Made by a program: the position numbers and the translations under genes. DNA of 55,487 nt, counting the filler, from Candidatus Woesearchaeota archaeon (GTDB lineage Archaea; Nanobdellota; Nanobdellia; Woesearchaeales; DATGWN01): NCBI GenBank assembly GCA_047603125.1. It is 3 parts of 3 records of this genome, joined end to end, with 100 filler letters (N's around TTAATTAATTAA, not from the genome) between each part and the next. Parts side by side here need not be neighbours in the genome. Positions count along the whole stretch, not along the records: positions 37,384 to 55,487 come from JBLKOU010000020.1; 2 more parts are not named here. The stretch is one strand, 5' to 3'. The notes under the pieces were generated by a model, which saw nothing but the letters and a program-made list of their open reading frames with translations, searched no databases and was not told where the DNA came from. Positions 45,702 to 55,487 of the stretch are shown one piece after another; position 1 is the first letter of the stretch; each line of letters opens with the position of its first letter.

Positions 45702-48700
45702 AGACGCTGGGATTGTAGCCCATAGGAATCTTTGCATACTAGGCGAATATAGGAATCTCGAGGATTTTTTTCAAGTGTCGCAACACCGGATTCGATATCT
45801 AATTCAATAATTTGATCAAGGTAATTTCGATGTGTACACTGCACTACATCAGAAGGAACATCAAAAATAAAATGCGTTTCGTTTTGTGAGTAATCCTGTG
45901 GAAGAACAGGCGGCTCTCTTGTTTGTATTTCAAATTCTTGCATAGTCTCAATAAGTGGCAGACGGCATGTGTCACTTGGATGCGCACACACGACTGTTAC
46001 TTGCGTTTGATTTTGATAATGCATCTCGATAGGACAAGACTGTTGGTCACAATCCACTGGCTGATTATTTACAGAGCACACCATCCCTTCTTGTGGCTTC
46101 ACAAATTCTATAGTTTGATTTTTTTCGAAAAAGACATCCGTTGCACTCGACGTGTAATTTAGCTGTGTTGAAACATTTGCAATAACACCACTGACCACTA
46201 ATGGGCCAGGAATATGCGTTGGAAAGCATCCGATTGTCAATGAAGACTCATTTACAAAATCCTCCATGCCAAGTGTACATGAATATAATCCCTGATCATC
46301 GATTTCATATTTTGTCTGAGCGCATGTTGCATTATATCGCAATTGATCAAATGGTACAGATTCTGTATCAAAGCGACAATCACTTAACACATCCGTATAA
46401 ATGGTAATTTGTTCCTTTACAAAGGGATGAACATCTCCTCGAACAGTCATCTCAGGACTTTGTATACAAGGAGGTTCAAAATCAAAGGATACAAAAGAAG
46501 ATGTTGAACTTGAATAGGGACTTTGACAATAAATAAACGCACTAAATTGCTTTTGTTCGATTTGTGTTAATAAATCAATAATGGATTGCCGACGGTTTGG
46601 ATTATTATAATCATCAACAATTTTTTGTAATGCAGGGTAGAATTGAATTTTTTCGAGTTGCCCTCTATTTATGAGTAAATCAACCAAATCTTTGAATTGA
46701 GTCATTTGTTCTAAAATATCCCGCGATTGCTCTGTCTCAAAAATAGACTGGAGTGAACTAAAAACCGGCATATCTTCTATAAAGCGAATAAGTAGTGTAT
46801 GGTTTGTTTGATAATTACCCTGTGATAAATCTGGAGATGAAATTTGAGAAAAATCACTATACGGCAAATATGATGGACGACAAAGTGCAGGCTGATCAGT
46901 AGTAAATGTTACATTGAGAAGTGAATCTACTGAGCGTTCTATTTGAAATCCACCCGTTTCAAACTTTTGTACACGCTGCGCTGCGCCCAACGGTGTTTGT
47001 AAATCAATAACTCGTAAAGGTTGTTCTTCTCGTAAAACACATTCTTGTGTTTGAACATTATATTGACAATTCTGACCCAGACTTTGACAGACATACTGAG
47101 AACAGGAATATAATGTTTGACAAAGATCACACTGCGACTCTTGTGAGGGTGAGCTTACAAAGCACAGATCATTTTGCTCAGATGTTTGCGGAGGTTCTTC
47201 AAGAAGTTGATCACTCGTATATGAACTCAACAATGATAATTGATCAATTGATTGTGCTAGCATTTGCGACAGTGATTGTCGGGGTTGTCTTTGAAACTGT
47301 GTGAATTCTCGTAAATGATCAAATTCTACTAGTTCATCATTGTGTAAATACGTACTTAGGCGCTGTGCATACATAGGTGAGGGAAGCGGTTGTGAAAAAT
47401 CTCCTGTAATCGTTGGAAGCACTCCACAATCTCCTGAAAGTGCGCAAGAAAGAGGAGTTTGACCTTGACAAAATGCGTTAGAAAAGGCAGTATCCCAAAA
47501 TGGCAATCCAAGAGAAACTGCACCCACACATGTACCATCCACCCATTGACATTCATCAGTACAACAAGATTGTTCTTGACACGCTTGACAACTGAGTGCC
47601 GTGTTTGGCTTACAAGCTGTATAAGTAATTTCGGGCGTTATATCTTGGGCACATACTTCTTGACGAAAGTCTCGACATTCTTCGCGTATAATCTGACCAT
47701 CAACACACATTTCTCTATAATAGCGGGAACCCACACCTATTCCTGTTTTAGAACACCACGAGTTTCCAGATTGCACACCATTACAGGATTGCAAAGATGT
47801 AATGGATAATGACTCTTGATTTATATTTTCTTGCACACACTGACACTGTGAACTAAATTCACCACTCGCTTGCTCACAGACATCCTGACTTACAGACTGA
47901 TAACAACTATCTTGCAATGAACAACAGCCAGAAAAACCTTGCGGTCGAAACGCTGATTCATCAATAATCATTTGCACCCGATCAAATGCATCCACACCTT
48001 GCAACGCAAAGGTGAGAGTACTATTTTGTTGACGATAATTTGTGTATAAAGAGTAGATAATATCTGGATATGGTTTTGTTTTTTCAATGATTACTAAAGG
48101 CTGATCTTGAAGAATATTCTCTGACGAGTGCATATATCGAACCTGATCAAACATGCCAAATTCTAACTCATGATTAATGATGGTTGAAATTAATTCAATC
48201 ATTTGCCCAAGAGGAGTCTCAATAAGAACAGTAAATGAATCTCTTCGGATAGTTTGATTGACAGACTCAAGAAAAAATGGCATGGAAATATCAACTCTCG
48301 TTGAACGAGAAAAAATTTCTAATTGTGTTTGAACGGTTCCAATTTCAACGTGATATCCTAACTCCTCATATGCTTGAGCTGAAAAACAGTCTTGAAAAAA
48401 AAATGTGACATTTTGTGATAATTGCTGTGCAATATCTTGCTTTTTCACTATCTGCTGCCCATCAACTTGTGTAAACAGGTATGGTACAGAATCCCTATAC
48501 TGGGAAGCCGTAATTGAAATTGATTGAGTCGCCTGAATAAAGGCTTGATTGGCACAAAAATTCACATGCGACTCCACGGGAAAAAGAGGCGCATCACTTA
48601 ATTGTGTGCGTTCACGCTCAGTCTCAATTAATGAAAGAGAAGAAAGAGAATACAGCAGTGATAAGGCAAGCAATAAAATTAACCCAATTATTAAAAACAC

Positions 48701-48724
48701 AGATACTTGGGACCTCTTTTTCAT
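45683..48724 (-). CDS. Large Cys-rich secreted protein with a class III (pilin-like) signal peptide
   Basis: MKKRSQ-VSVFLIIGLILLLAL N-terminus; 44 Cys counted in 1013 aa. Confidence 0.8.
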   Translation of the reverse strand: MKKRSQVSVFLIIGLILLLALSLLYSLSSLSLIETERERTQLSDAPLFPVESHVNFCANQAFIQATQSISITASQYRDSVPYLFTQVDGQQIVKKQDIAQQLSQNVTFFFQDCFSAQAYEELGYHVEIGTVQTQLEIFSRSTRVDISMPFFLESVNQTIRRDSFTVLIETPLGQMIELISTIINHELEFGMFDQVRYMHSSENILQDQPLVIIEKTKPYPDIIYSLYTNYRQQNSTLTFALQGVDAFDRVQMIIDESAFRPQGFSGCCSLQDSCYQSVSQDVCEQASGEFSSQCQCVQENINQESLSITSLQSCNGVQSGNSWCSKTGIGVGSRYYREMCVDGQIIREECRDFRQEVCAQDITPEITYTACKPNTALSCQACQEQSCCTDECQWVDGTCVGAVSLGLPFWDTAFSNAFCQGQTPLSCALSGDCGVLPTITGDFSQPLPSPMYAQRLSTYLHNDELVEFDHLREFTQFQRQPRQSLSQMLAQSIDQLSLLSSYTSDQLLEEPPQTSEQNDLCFVSSPSQESQCDLCQTLYSCSQYVCQSLGQNCQYNVQTQECVLREEQPLRVIDLQTPLGAAQRVQKFETGGFQIERSVDSLLNVTFTTDQPALCRPSYLPYSDFSQISSPDLSQGNYQTNHTLLIRFIEDMPVFSSLQSIFETEQSRDILEQMTQFKDLVDLLINRGQLEKIQFYPALQKIVDDYNNPNRRQSIIDLLTQIEQKQFSAFIYCQSPYSSSTSSFVSFDFEPPCIQSPEMTVRGDVHPFVKEQITIYTDVLSDCRFDTESVPFDQLRYNATCAQTKYEIDDQGLYSCTLGMEDFVNESSLTIGCFPTHIPGPLVVSGVIANVSTQLNYTSSATDVFFEKNQTIEFVKPQEGMVCSVNNQPVDCDQQSCPIEMHYQNQTQVTVVCAHPSDTCRLPLIETMQEFEIQTREPPVLPQDYSQNETHFIFDVPSDVVQCTHRNYLDQIIELDIESGVATLEKNPRDSYIRLVCKDSYGLQSQRLYLVSR

Positions 48725-48809
48725 AAGTCATTTTGGACACTGTTCATTTATAAACATATTGCTCAAATGGCTGCATAGCTTTTTAAAAATAGAGATAATT
48801 TACTTGACT

Positions 48810-49415
48810 ATGAGCCAAAAAAACATATTGTTACTAGTACGAATTCTCATCCTCGTTATTGCAGTTAGTCTTATAGTTGTCCTGCTTATACAAACATCTC
48901 CAGCACCAAATTATATCGAACAGAATACACTCATACTCAACGAATACGAATTTACATTTTTACACAGCGTTCCTGGAAACTCAGGAAGTACTGTTTTAAG
49001 CAAAATTATGTTTGAATTAGATGAAACAACAATCACTTTACGCAGCTATAACGGTCTTGAAGGAAGAAACATGGTTACTGGGCAACCCGGAACAACAATT
49101 AATGAAGGATCTCAAATTCCATTTTTTGTCAAGGGAATCAGTCAATTTTCGTCTCAATTCCCTGATGAACAAAATGAGAGTTTTCAAACTACTTATGAAC
49201 ATATCACCTGTCAACTCACACAAGGAGACGGAAACTTTTGCGAAGAATTCATGTCCGAAGAGTGTGCCTATTCCTGTACTGGCAAAATAACCATACACAT
49301 CTTAGAACCCTATGCGCTCAACGCCTGCTTAAGTGAACTCTCAAAAAACTGCACATTTAATAATGGGGAGGTCATTCAATTAGTCGACACCATACATGTT
49401 TCTCAAGTCACCTAA
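48810..49415 (+). CDS. Membrane-anchored/secreted protein with a Cys-containing C-terminus
   Basis: ATG 48810, N-terminal TM helix, six Cys near the C-terminus. Confidence 0.7.
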   Translation: MSQKNILLLVRILILVIAVSLIVVLLIQTSPAPNYIEQNTLILNEYEFTFLHSVPGNSGSTVLSKIMFELDETTITLRSYNGLEGRNMVTGQPGTTINEGSQIPFFVKGISQFSSQFPDEQNESFQTTYEHITCQLTQGDGNFCEEFMSEECAYSCTGKITIHILEPYALNACLSELSKNCTFNNGEVIQLVDTIHVSQVT

Positions 49416-49423
49416 AAAAAACA

Positions 49424-50722
49424 CTACTCCTCTCTAGGATCATTAACAACGCCCATAAATAAAATTGCGTCTGTTTCTTTTTGTTCAATAACAAATAAAA
49501 ACGGTCGATTTGCATTGAAAATCAATTCTCTCATAGGCGCACTTGTTATAGTCATCCCAACAACTGTTGCCGCAGCTGCTTCTGTTCCCTTCTCATCCAC
49601 TTTAATGAATGCTTTGTGCAAAACTTCATCAATAAAAAGATTGGGCCGACCAGTCATGCCTGAAAAGTCTGCTTGTTCACTAAACGCAATTGGCATTCCT
49701 AGATCAGAGAGAGTTTGCTTTAAGTCATATGAGGCTTCAAACTCAAACTTTGGCAAATAAATTGCATCCATGGAAACCTCTCGCATTTGATTAGAATAAT
49801 TTCTATACATCTGATATGTCATATTTATCGTTTCCAGTGTATAATTATATTCTCGCACACTACGAGTTTGCATATCTAAGTACTGCCCATATTTTGGCAA
49901 AATAATTTTCATAACCACTTCATCCCCTTTATAGGGAAGCTCTAAAATTTCAACCGTATCAAACTCGCCATAATATAATCGCTCATCAGGATCAAGATAC
50001 ATCATATCTGTTTGAATCACGTTGTCAGGAGTTATATAAAAATCGCGAGATTGTGTGTCCCGTCTATTAAATTCATACTTCCAATCTCCTAGAAAATAAA
50101 TTGCATTTGACAAAATTAATCTCGTATCTCGGTGTATAAAACCTGGTGGAATGATGTCTTGAATTCTGTTATTTGTCTGCTCTGCAATAAATGAATTAAT
50201 AATTTGACTGGATTCTTGAGCTTGGTTAATTAAATCAAGATTGACCGATTTTCCTCCATAATAGTTTTCCACGGTATCTTTATATGAATCAAGCAACGAA
50301 AAACTCTCTTCAACCCACAGCGCATTACCCACACGTAAAGTATATGGTGCATTGGCTTTATTTATTGAATTATATAACGCTGCAAAATTTGGCTGCAAAA
50401 CATCGGACTCAGGAAATGAGAACACCTGTTGCATCTGACTTGCCGTTTGCTCTTTTGCACCTTCATACGTCATTGCAAGTGCTGAAAAAATACTATACGG
50501 AGAGAAAAAAATATTCTCACTTTGTTGCTGAGCAAATTCATTATATATAGTAAATGCAAATTGATTATTTGCATCAACTACTGACGCTAAACCATCCTGT
50601 GTCCATCCAGTATCATTTGCTACAGGAGGATTATAAGGATCATAAGGATAAAAAAAATACATCGTTGTCGCCATAACCAGCGTACTCAAAACAATCACCA
50701 ATGCGATAAATTTGAATTTCAT
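49424..50722 (-). CDS. Serpin (inhibitory type), N-terminally anchored
   Basis: NIFFSPYSI, NAIYFLGDW, LELPY, LPKF, hinge EKGTEAAAAT, FNANRPFLF...ILFMG.V.DP. Confidence 0.95.
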   Translation of the reverse strand: MKFKFIALVIVLSTLVMATTMYFFYPYDPYNPPVANDTGWTQDGLASVVDANNQFAFTIYNEFAQQQSENIFFSPYSIFSALAMTYEGAKEQTASQMQQVFSFPESDVLQPNFAALYNSINKANAPYTLRVGNALWVEESFSLLDSYKDTVENYYGGKSVNLDLINQAQESSQIINSFIAEQTNNRIQDIIPPGFIHRDTRLILSNAIYFLGDWKYEFNRRDTQSRDFYITPDNVIQTDMMYLDPDERLYYGEFDTVEILELPYKGDEVVMKIILPKYGQYLDMQTRSVREYNYTLETINMTYQMYRNYSNQMREVSMDAIYLPKFEFEASYDLKQTLSDLGMPIAFSEQADFSGMTGRPNLFIDEVLHKAFIKVDEKGTEAAAATVVGMTITSAPMRELIFNANRPFLFVIEQKETDAILFMGVVNDPREE

Positions 50723-50781
50723 GCACTGTCGTAAGAGAAACATCTATATAAAGTCTATGATAACTTCAAACATACTCAAAG

Positions 50782-52377
50782 TCAATGTTTTTTTTCAGTA
50801 TACTGCGCATCGCGTAATTTACGATGATAAGAAATAACAAAACGATGCGTATAATCTCTGATTTTTAGTAATAATTGTACACCCGCATTTTTTGCTTTGT
50901 TTTTTTTTGTGTTCAATCCTTTTTTAAGCCCCGGAAACAAAATTTCTTCTTCTCTCTTAGCTAAACCAATCATTGGAATTTTTGTTCCTTGCTCTTTTTG
51001 AGCACGAAGTGCCGCATCAAGCTGCCCGCGACCTCCATCTATAACAATCAGATCAGGCGCTTTTTCTCCATGCACACTCACACGAGTTAACCGACGGGAT
51101 ACGACTTCATACATGGACTGAAAATCATTTTGTGTTTGTGTTGTTCGAATTTTATATTTTCTATATTGCTCAGTATTTGGGACTCCATTTTCAAACTGAA
51201 CATGCGCACCTACAATGTACTGGTCTCGTAAATTAGAAATATCAAAACACTCAATTGTAATTGGCACATTTGGCAGATGCAATAATTCTTGTAATGCTAA
51301 GAGTGCTGGTTTGTCTTGTAAGAGAGCTATTTGCGCATTCTTTTTGGCAAGCTCACATAATTTTACCATGTCTCCTCGTTGCGGCTCAAATAATTGCACA
51401 GCATTTTGTGATTTTTTTTCTAAAGCACTCTCAATTAAGTCTTTTTGTTCTCCATCAAAAAAATCCTTTGAAAGAATAATTTTTCCCGGTATAGGTTTTG
51501 TCTGATAGTACTGCATAATAAACTCACGGTTTGTAGACTCTATATCATGGCAAATATCCACAACAAATTGATCCCTATCAATGATGGTTCCTTTTTTAAT
51601 AGTAAAAATAAAATAAGAAGCCTGTGTTTGCGTATAACTTAATCCAATCACATCCTCATCCATTTGTTTGGAAACATCAACTTTTTGACGTGTTTCCAAA
51701 TCTTCTAAAGCTTGAATTTGATCTCTGCGAATTTTTGCAAGTTCAAATTGTTGTTGTTTTGCAAAATCACGCATTTGTTCTGTTAAATTGTCAAGAACTG
51801 CTTGCGATTTTCCTTGTAAAAAGGATTTTGCTTGCTTGACTTTTTCTAAGTAATCTTCTCGAGAGATTTTTTCTTGACAGGGACCGCTGCACAGACCAAT
51901 ATGATACTGTAAACAGACTTTTTGCGGTAATGTTTTGCACGTTCTTAATTGAAAAATTTCATTCAGTGTTTTTATGAGTAACACCCGAGAATATCCCGAA
52001 GCAAAGGGACCAAAATACGTACCCGTATTTGTTTTTTTTCGTGCAGTCAAAATTCGAGGAAATGTTTCATCAGTGATTTTTATATATGCATAACGCTGAT
52101 TGTATTTGAGTTCTACATTGTATTTTGGTTTATATTGTTTAATCAGTTGAGACTCAAGCAAAATTGCTTCTGTTTCAGAATCTGTCAAAATATAATCAAC
52201 AGTATGAATTTGTTTAACAAGTTCTTGCGTTTTTATATCAAGTTGTTTTTTTGTAAAATAACTGGACACTCGTTTCTGCAAATTTTTTGCTTTTCCAATA
52301 TAAATAACCTTTTTTTTACTATCACTATACAAATAACAACCCGGTTTTTTTGGAATAGACTGTGTCTGAATCATCAT
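50782..52377 (-). CDS. uvrC: Excinuclease ABC subunit C
   Basis: PGCY...IYIGKAKNL..RV.SYF (GIY-YIG), IECFDISN, PDLIVIDGG.GQL, RD..HRF. Confidence 0.96.
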   Translation of the reverse strand: MMIQTQSIPKKPGCYLYSDSKKKVIYIGKAKNLQKRVSSYFTKKQLDIKTQELVKQIHTVDYILTDSETEAILLESQLIKQYKPKYNVELKYNQRYAYIKITDETFPRILTARKKTNTGTYFGPFASGYSRVLLIKTLNEIFQLRTCKTLPQKVCLQYHIGLCSGPCQEKISREDYLEKVKQAKSFLQGKSQAVLDNLTEQMRDFAKQQQFELAKIRRDQIQALEDLETRQKVDVSKQMDEDVIGLSYTQTQASYFIFTIKKGTIIDRDQFVVDICHDIESTNREFIMQYYQTKPIPGKIILSKDFFDGEQKDLIESALEKKSQNAVQLFEPQRGDMVKLCELAKKNAQIALLQDKPALLALQELLHLPNVPITIECFDISNLRDQYIVGAHVQFENGVPNTEQYRKYKIRTTQTQNDFQSMYEVVSRRLTRVSVHGEKAPDLIVIDGGRGQLDAALRAQKEQGTKIPMIGLAKREEEILFPGLKKGLNTKKNKAKNAGVQLLLKIRDYTHRFVISYHRKLRDAQYTEKKH

Positions 52378-52422
52378 TACTTAAAAGAGTAACAAGATTA
52401 AATATGTTTTGGAAATCTCATC

Positions 52423-55245
52423 CTACTTCTTTTTCAAATACGGACCTAAAAATTCACCAGTATAACTCTTTTTAATTTTTGTCAGCGCTTCTGGAGTCCC
52501 CTCACCTACAATTTGGCCTCCTTTATCACCACCATCTGGACCTAAGTCAATAATCCAATCTGCACTTTTGATTACATCTAAATTATGTTCAATTATTAGC
52601 ACACTATTTTTTTTCTCAACTAATCGATTCAATACATCCAAGAGTTTTTTTACATCCTCAAAATGCAAACCAGTTGTTGGTTCATCTAATAAATACAAGG
52701 TTTTTCCTGTAGCGCGTTTTGCAAGCTCGCTTGTTAATTTAATTCTCTGCGCTTCTCCACCAGAGAGTGTTGTTGCACTCTGCCCCAACTTAATATATCC
52801 AAGCCCCACATCATCTAATAATTGTAATTTAGAAGCTATCCTCGGAATAGAATCAAAAAACGCTAGTGCCTGCTCAACACTCATATCTAATACATCAGCA
52901 ATTGTTTTTCCCTTGTAGGTAATTTCAAGTGTCTGCGCATTATATCGCTTCCCTTTACACTCCTCACATTGTACATACACATCTGGAAGAAAATTCATTT
53001 CAATTTTGAGCAAACCATCACCTTGACATGACTCACAACGACCACCTGGAACATTAAAAGAAAATCGTCCAGGCCCATATCCACGCTCTTTTGCCGATTT
53101 TGTTCGTGAAAATAATTCGCGAATATCCGTAAAGACATTTGTATATGTCGCAGGATTACTTCTTGGCGTTCGACCAATTGGGGATTGATCAATTTCTATA
53201 ACTTTATCAATATGCTCAAGACCAGTAATTTTTTCATACTCGCCCGTTGGTTTTGTTGTTTTATATAAATGATTACAAAGCGCTTTATACAAAATCTCAC
53301 TAATCAATGTTGATTTTCCACTACCTGAAACGCCCGTCACAACTGTTAATACTCCAAGGGGTATGTGCACATCTATATTTTGTAAATTATTTTGATTTGC
53401 TCCAAAAATGCGTATTTTTTTTGTACTTTTTCTTCGCTTTTTTGGAACAGGAATGTGATTTACTCCATTCAAATACTGCCCCGTCAATGATTGCTTACAG
53501 GTACGTATTCCTTTTGGTTCACCCGCATACACTATCTGACCACCATGAACACCTGCACCCGGTCCAATGTCGACAAGAAAGTCAGCAGCGCGCATCGTGT
53601 CCTCATCATGTTCGACAACAAGTAAGGTATTCCCCAAATCTCGTAATCGTTTGAGCGTTGTTATTAATTTGACATTATCCTTTTGATGCAACCCAATACT
53701 TGGCTCATCAAGTACATACAAAACTCCAGTTAAATTAGAACCAATTTGCGTTGCAAGACGAATTCGTTGCGCCTCACCACCGGATAATGTTCCAGCACTG
53801 CGAGAAAGTGTCAAATATCCTAAACCGACATCAACAAGAAAAGTCAACCGTTCTTTAATTTCTTTTAAGAGTAATTTTGCAATTTGCTGTTGCTGGGCTG
53901 TAAGTTCCAAGCACAGAAAAAATGATAAGCAATCACGAATGGACATATCTGTGATATCTATAATATTTTTTCCTTCTATAAAAACGCTTAATGATTCAGG
54001 CTTGAGTCGCTTTCCTTGACAAGTCTGACAAGGTAATTCTTGCATATATTGTTCATACCTATTTCTTCTTCCTTCTGATTCAGTCTGGTGATAGAGCCGA
54101 TCGTGAGAAGGTATGATTCCCTCAAATGCATCTTTTTGCCAATACTGCTGCCCATACTCCTCCCCGCTTGCTGCCTGAGTATCCCCATATAATAACAATT
54201 CTTGTTGTTCTTTTGAAAGCGATTCAAATGGTGCAAAAATATCAATAGTATAATGCTTTGCAACAATGAGTAATTGTTTTTTTCTCCAGCTATCAATGGG
54301 ACCCAAATATGTTTTTACACAACCATCCGCCAAACTTTTTTTATAGTCGATAAGGAGTTTTGGATCAAATCGTTTTTTATGACCAATCCCGTGACAGTCA
54401 GGGCATGCACCAAATGGTGAGTTAAACGAAAACATTCTGGGCTGCAACGATTCAAAATGTATATGGGGATGATCCACACACCCTCCCTTCGTATTAAATA
54501 ATTGCTCAATTGATTTAGATTGACCGAGTGTTTGTACCAGTAACAAACCATCACTAAATTGACTTGCGGTTTCAAGAGAACTTGTCAAGCGAGAAATAAA
54601 CTCTTGAGAATCGCGAACAATCAAACGATCAACAAGAATAGAAATAGTGTGCTTTTTATATCGCTCTAAGGACGGAGGACTCTCTAAATCATGTATCTGC
54701 CCATTTGTTTGTGCCCGTGCAAAACCAAGTTTGAGGTATTTTTCATAGACTGCTTGATGCGTTCCTTTTTTATCTCGAATGATAGGTGCAAAAATATGGA
54801 GCTTTGTTCCCTGCTCATACTCGCAAATAATAGAGGCTATTTGCTCAACTGACTGGGGCTGAATTTTTTTCAAGCAAATCGGACAATGAGCACTTCCTAT
54901 TCTGGCAAACAACAAACGCAAGTGATCATAAATCTCCGTTACCGTACCTACAGTTGATCGAGGATTATTACTTGTTGTTTTTTGCTCAATAGAAATTGCC
55001 GGACTCAAACCATCAATTGAATCAATATCGGGCTTATTCATCTGCCCTAAAAATTGACGTGCATATGCGCTTAGCGACTCAACATACCGGCGCTGCCCCT
55101 CTGCATAAATGGTATCAAAAGCTAATGTTGACTTTCCACTGCCCGATAATCCAGTTATAACAATGAGTTTATTTTTGGGAAGCTCTAACTGAATATTTTT
55201 GAGATTATGCTCTCGTGCTCCGCGAATAGTAATAAAATTATGCAT
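52423..55245 (-). CDS. uvrA: Excinuclease ABC subunit A
   Basis: GAREHNLKN, TGLSGSGKS, two LSGGEAQR ABC signatures, Zn fingers. Confidence 0.98.
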   Translation of the reverse strand: MHNFITIRGAREHNLKNIQLELPKNKLIVITGLSGSGKSTLAFDTIYAEGQRRYVESLSAYARQFLGQMNKPDIDSIDGLSPAISIEQKTTSNNPRSTVGTVTEIYDHLRLLFARIGSAHCPICLKKIQPQSVEQIASIICEYEQGTKLHIFAPIIRDKKGTHQAVYEKYLKLGFARAQTNGQIHDLESPPSLERYKKHTISILVDRLIVRDSQEFISRLTSSLETASQFSDGLLLVQTLGQSKSIEQLFNTKGGCVDHPHIHFESLQPRMFSFNSPFGACPDCHGIGHKKRFDPKLLIDYKKSLADGCVKTYLGPIDSWRKKQLLIVAKHYTIDIFAPFESLSKEQQELLLYGDTQAASGEEYGQQYWQKDAFEGIIPSHDRLYHQTESEGRRNRYEQYMQELPCQTCQGKRLKPESLSVFIEGKNIIDITDMSIRDCLSFFLCLELTAQQQQIAKLLLKEIKERLTFLVDVGLGYLTLSRSAGTLSGGEAQRIRLATQIGSNLTGVLYVLDEPSIGLHQKDNVKLITTLKRLRDLGNTLLVVEHDEDTMRAADFLVDIGPGAGVHGGQIVYAGEPKGIRTCKQSLTGQYLNGVNHIPVPKKRRKSTKKIRIFGANQNNLQNIDVHIPLGVLTVVTGVSGSGKSTLISEILYKALCNHLYKTTKPTGEYEKITGLEHIDKVIEIDQSPIGRTPRSNPATYTNVFTDIRELFSRTKSAKERGYGPGRFSFNVPGGRCESCQGDGLLKIEMNFLPDVYVQCEECKGKRYNAQTLEITYKGKTIADVLDMSVEQALAFFDSIPRIASKLQLLDDVGLGYIKLGQSATTLSGGEAQRIKLTSELAKRATGKTLYLLDEPTTGLHFEDVKKLLDVLNRLVEKKNSVLIIEHNLDVIKSADWIIDLGPDGGDKGGQIVGEGTPEALTKIKKSYTGEFLGPYLKKK

Positions 55246-55327
55246 ATGCCTGTGAAAAGTATTTGCTTTAAAAACCTTATGAAGGTGTCTGTCTTGTGGA
55301 ATAGTGGGGGTACTTTTATCTTAAACC

Positions 55328-55475
55328 AGGCTACATCAAAGATATAAAAAAGAGCACCTTGCAGTAAAATCAGAAAATTCGCTGCTTCATACAAGCGAAC
55401 TTTCGCACAATTCTCAAAGCGGGACTCTTGAGCAAAATCTGCGTGCTCTTTTTAAAAAACAATTATTGGATAAAG
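55328..55475. repeat. Dispersed structured repeat, copy D
   Basis: AAAAAAGAGCACCTTGCAGTAAAAT...ATTCTCAAAGCGGGACTCTTGAGC-AAAATCTGCGTGCTCTTTTT. Confidence 0.9.
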
Positions 55476-55487
55476 ACTTAAACCGGT

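Noticed and set aside
105..54575. Numerous 60-130 aa ORFs antisense to or nested within recognised genes
   Set aside because: Shadow ORFs with no motifs, overlapping well-supported genes
50782..55245. uvrAC without uvrB
   Set aside because: uvrB is often unlinked and the window ends here, so its absence is uninformative

Overview
Low-GC archaeal sequence, most consistent with a DPANN archaeon (Woesearchaeota-like). The evidence is FEN1 with a PIP box, an archaeal histone, Taw3, a TrmG10-like methylase, TATA boxes ~25 nt before many starts, and a tRNA without encoded CCA. The window is three contigs joined by artificial N/TTAATTAATTAA linkers (18619-18718, 37284-37383), so synteny across these gaps is not real evidence. 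Contig 1 is accessory-rich: two ATPases, a MazG-like gene, RelE, PIN and two HEPN/MNT modules around fen, a double Lrp regulator and a beta-helix surface protein. Contig 2 carries a lactate permease, a complete bacterial-type pentose phosphate operon, a bacterial-type non-discriminating AspRS and tRNA-Val(GAC). Contig 3 carries glycogen genes (GT3 synthase, phosphorylase, debranching enzyme), a wHTH-histone pair, a Cys-rich pilin-like protein, a serpin and uvrAC. The most striking unexplained signal is a family of four dispersed intergenic modular structured elements (~110-190 bp). Their closing stem shows compensatory base changes and, on one strand, bulge-helix-bulge-like geometry.
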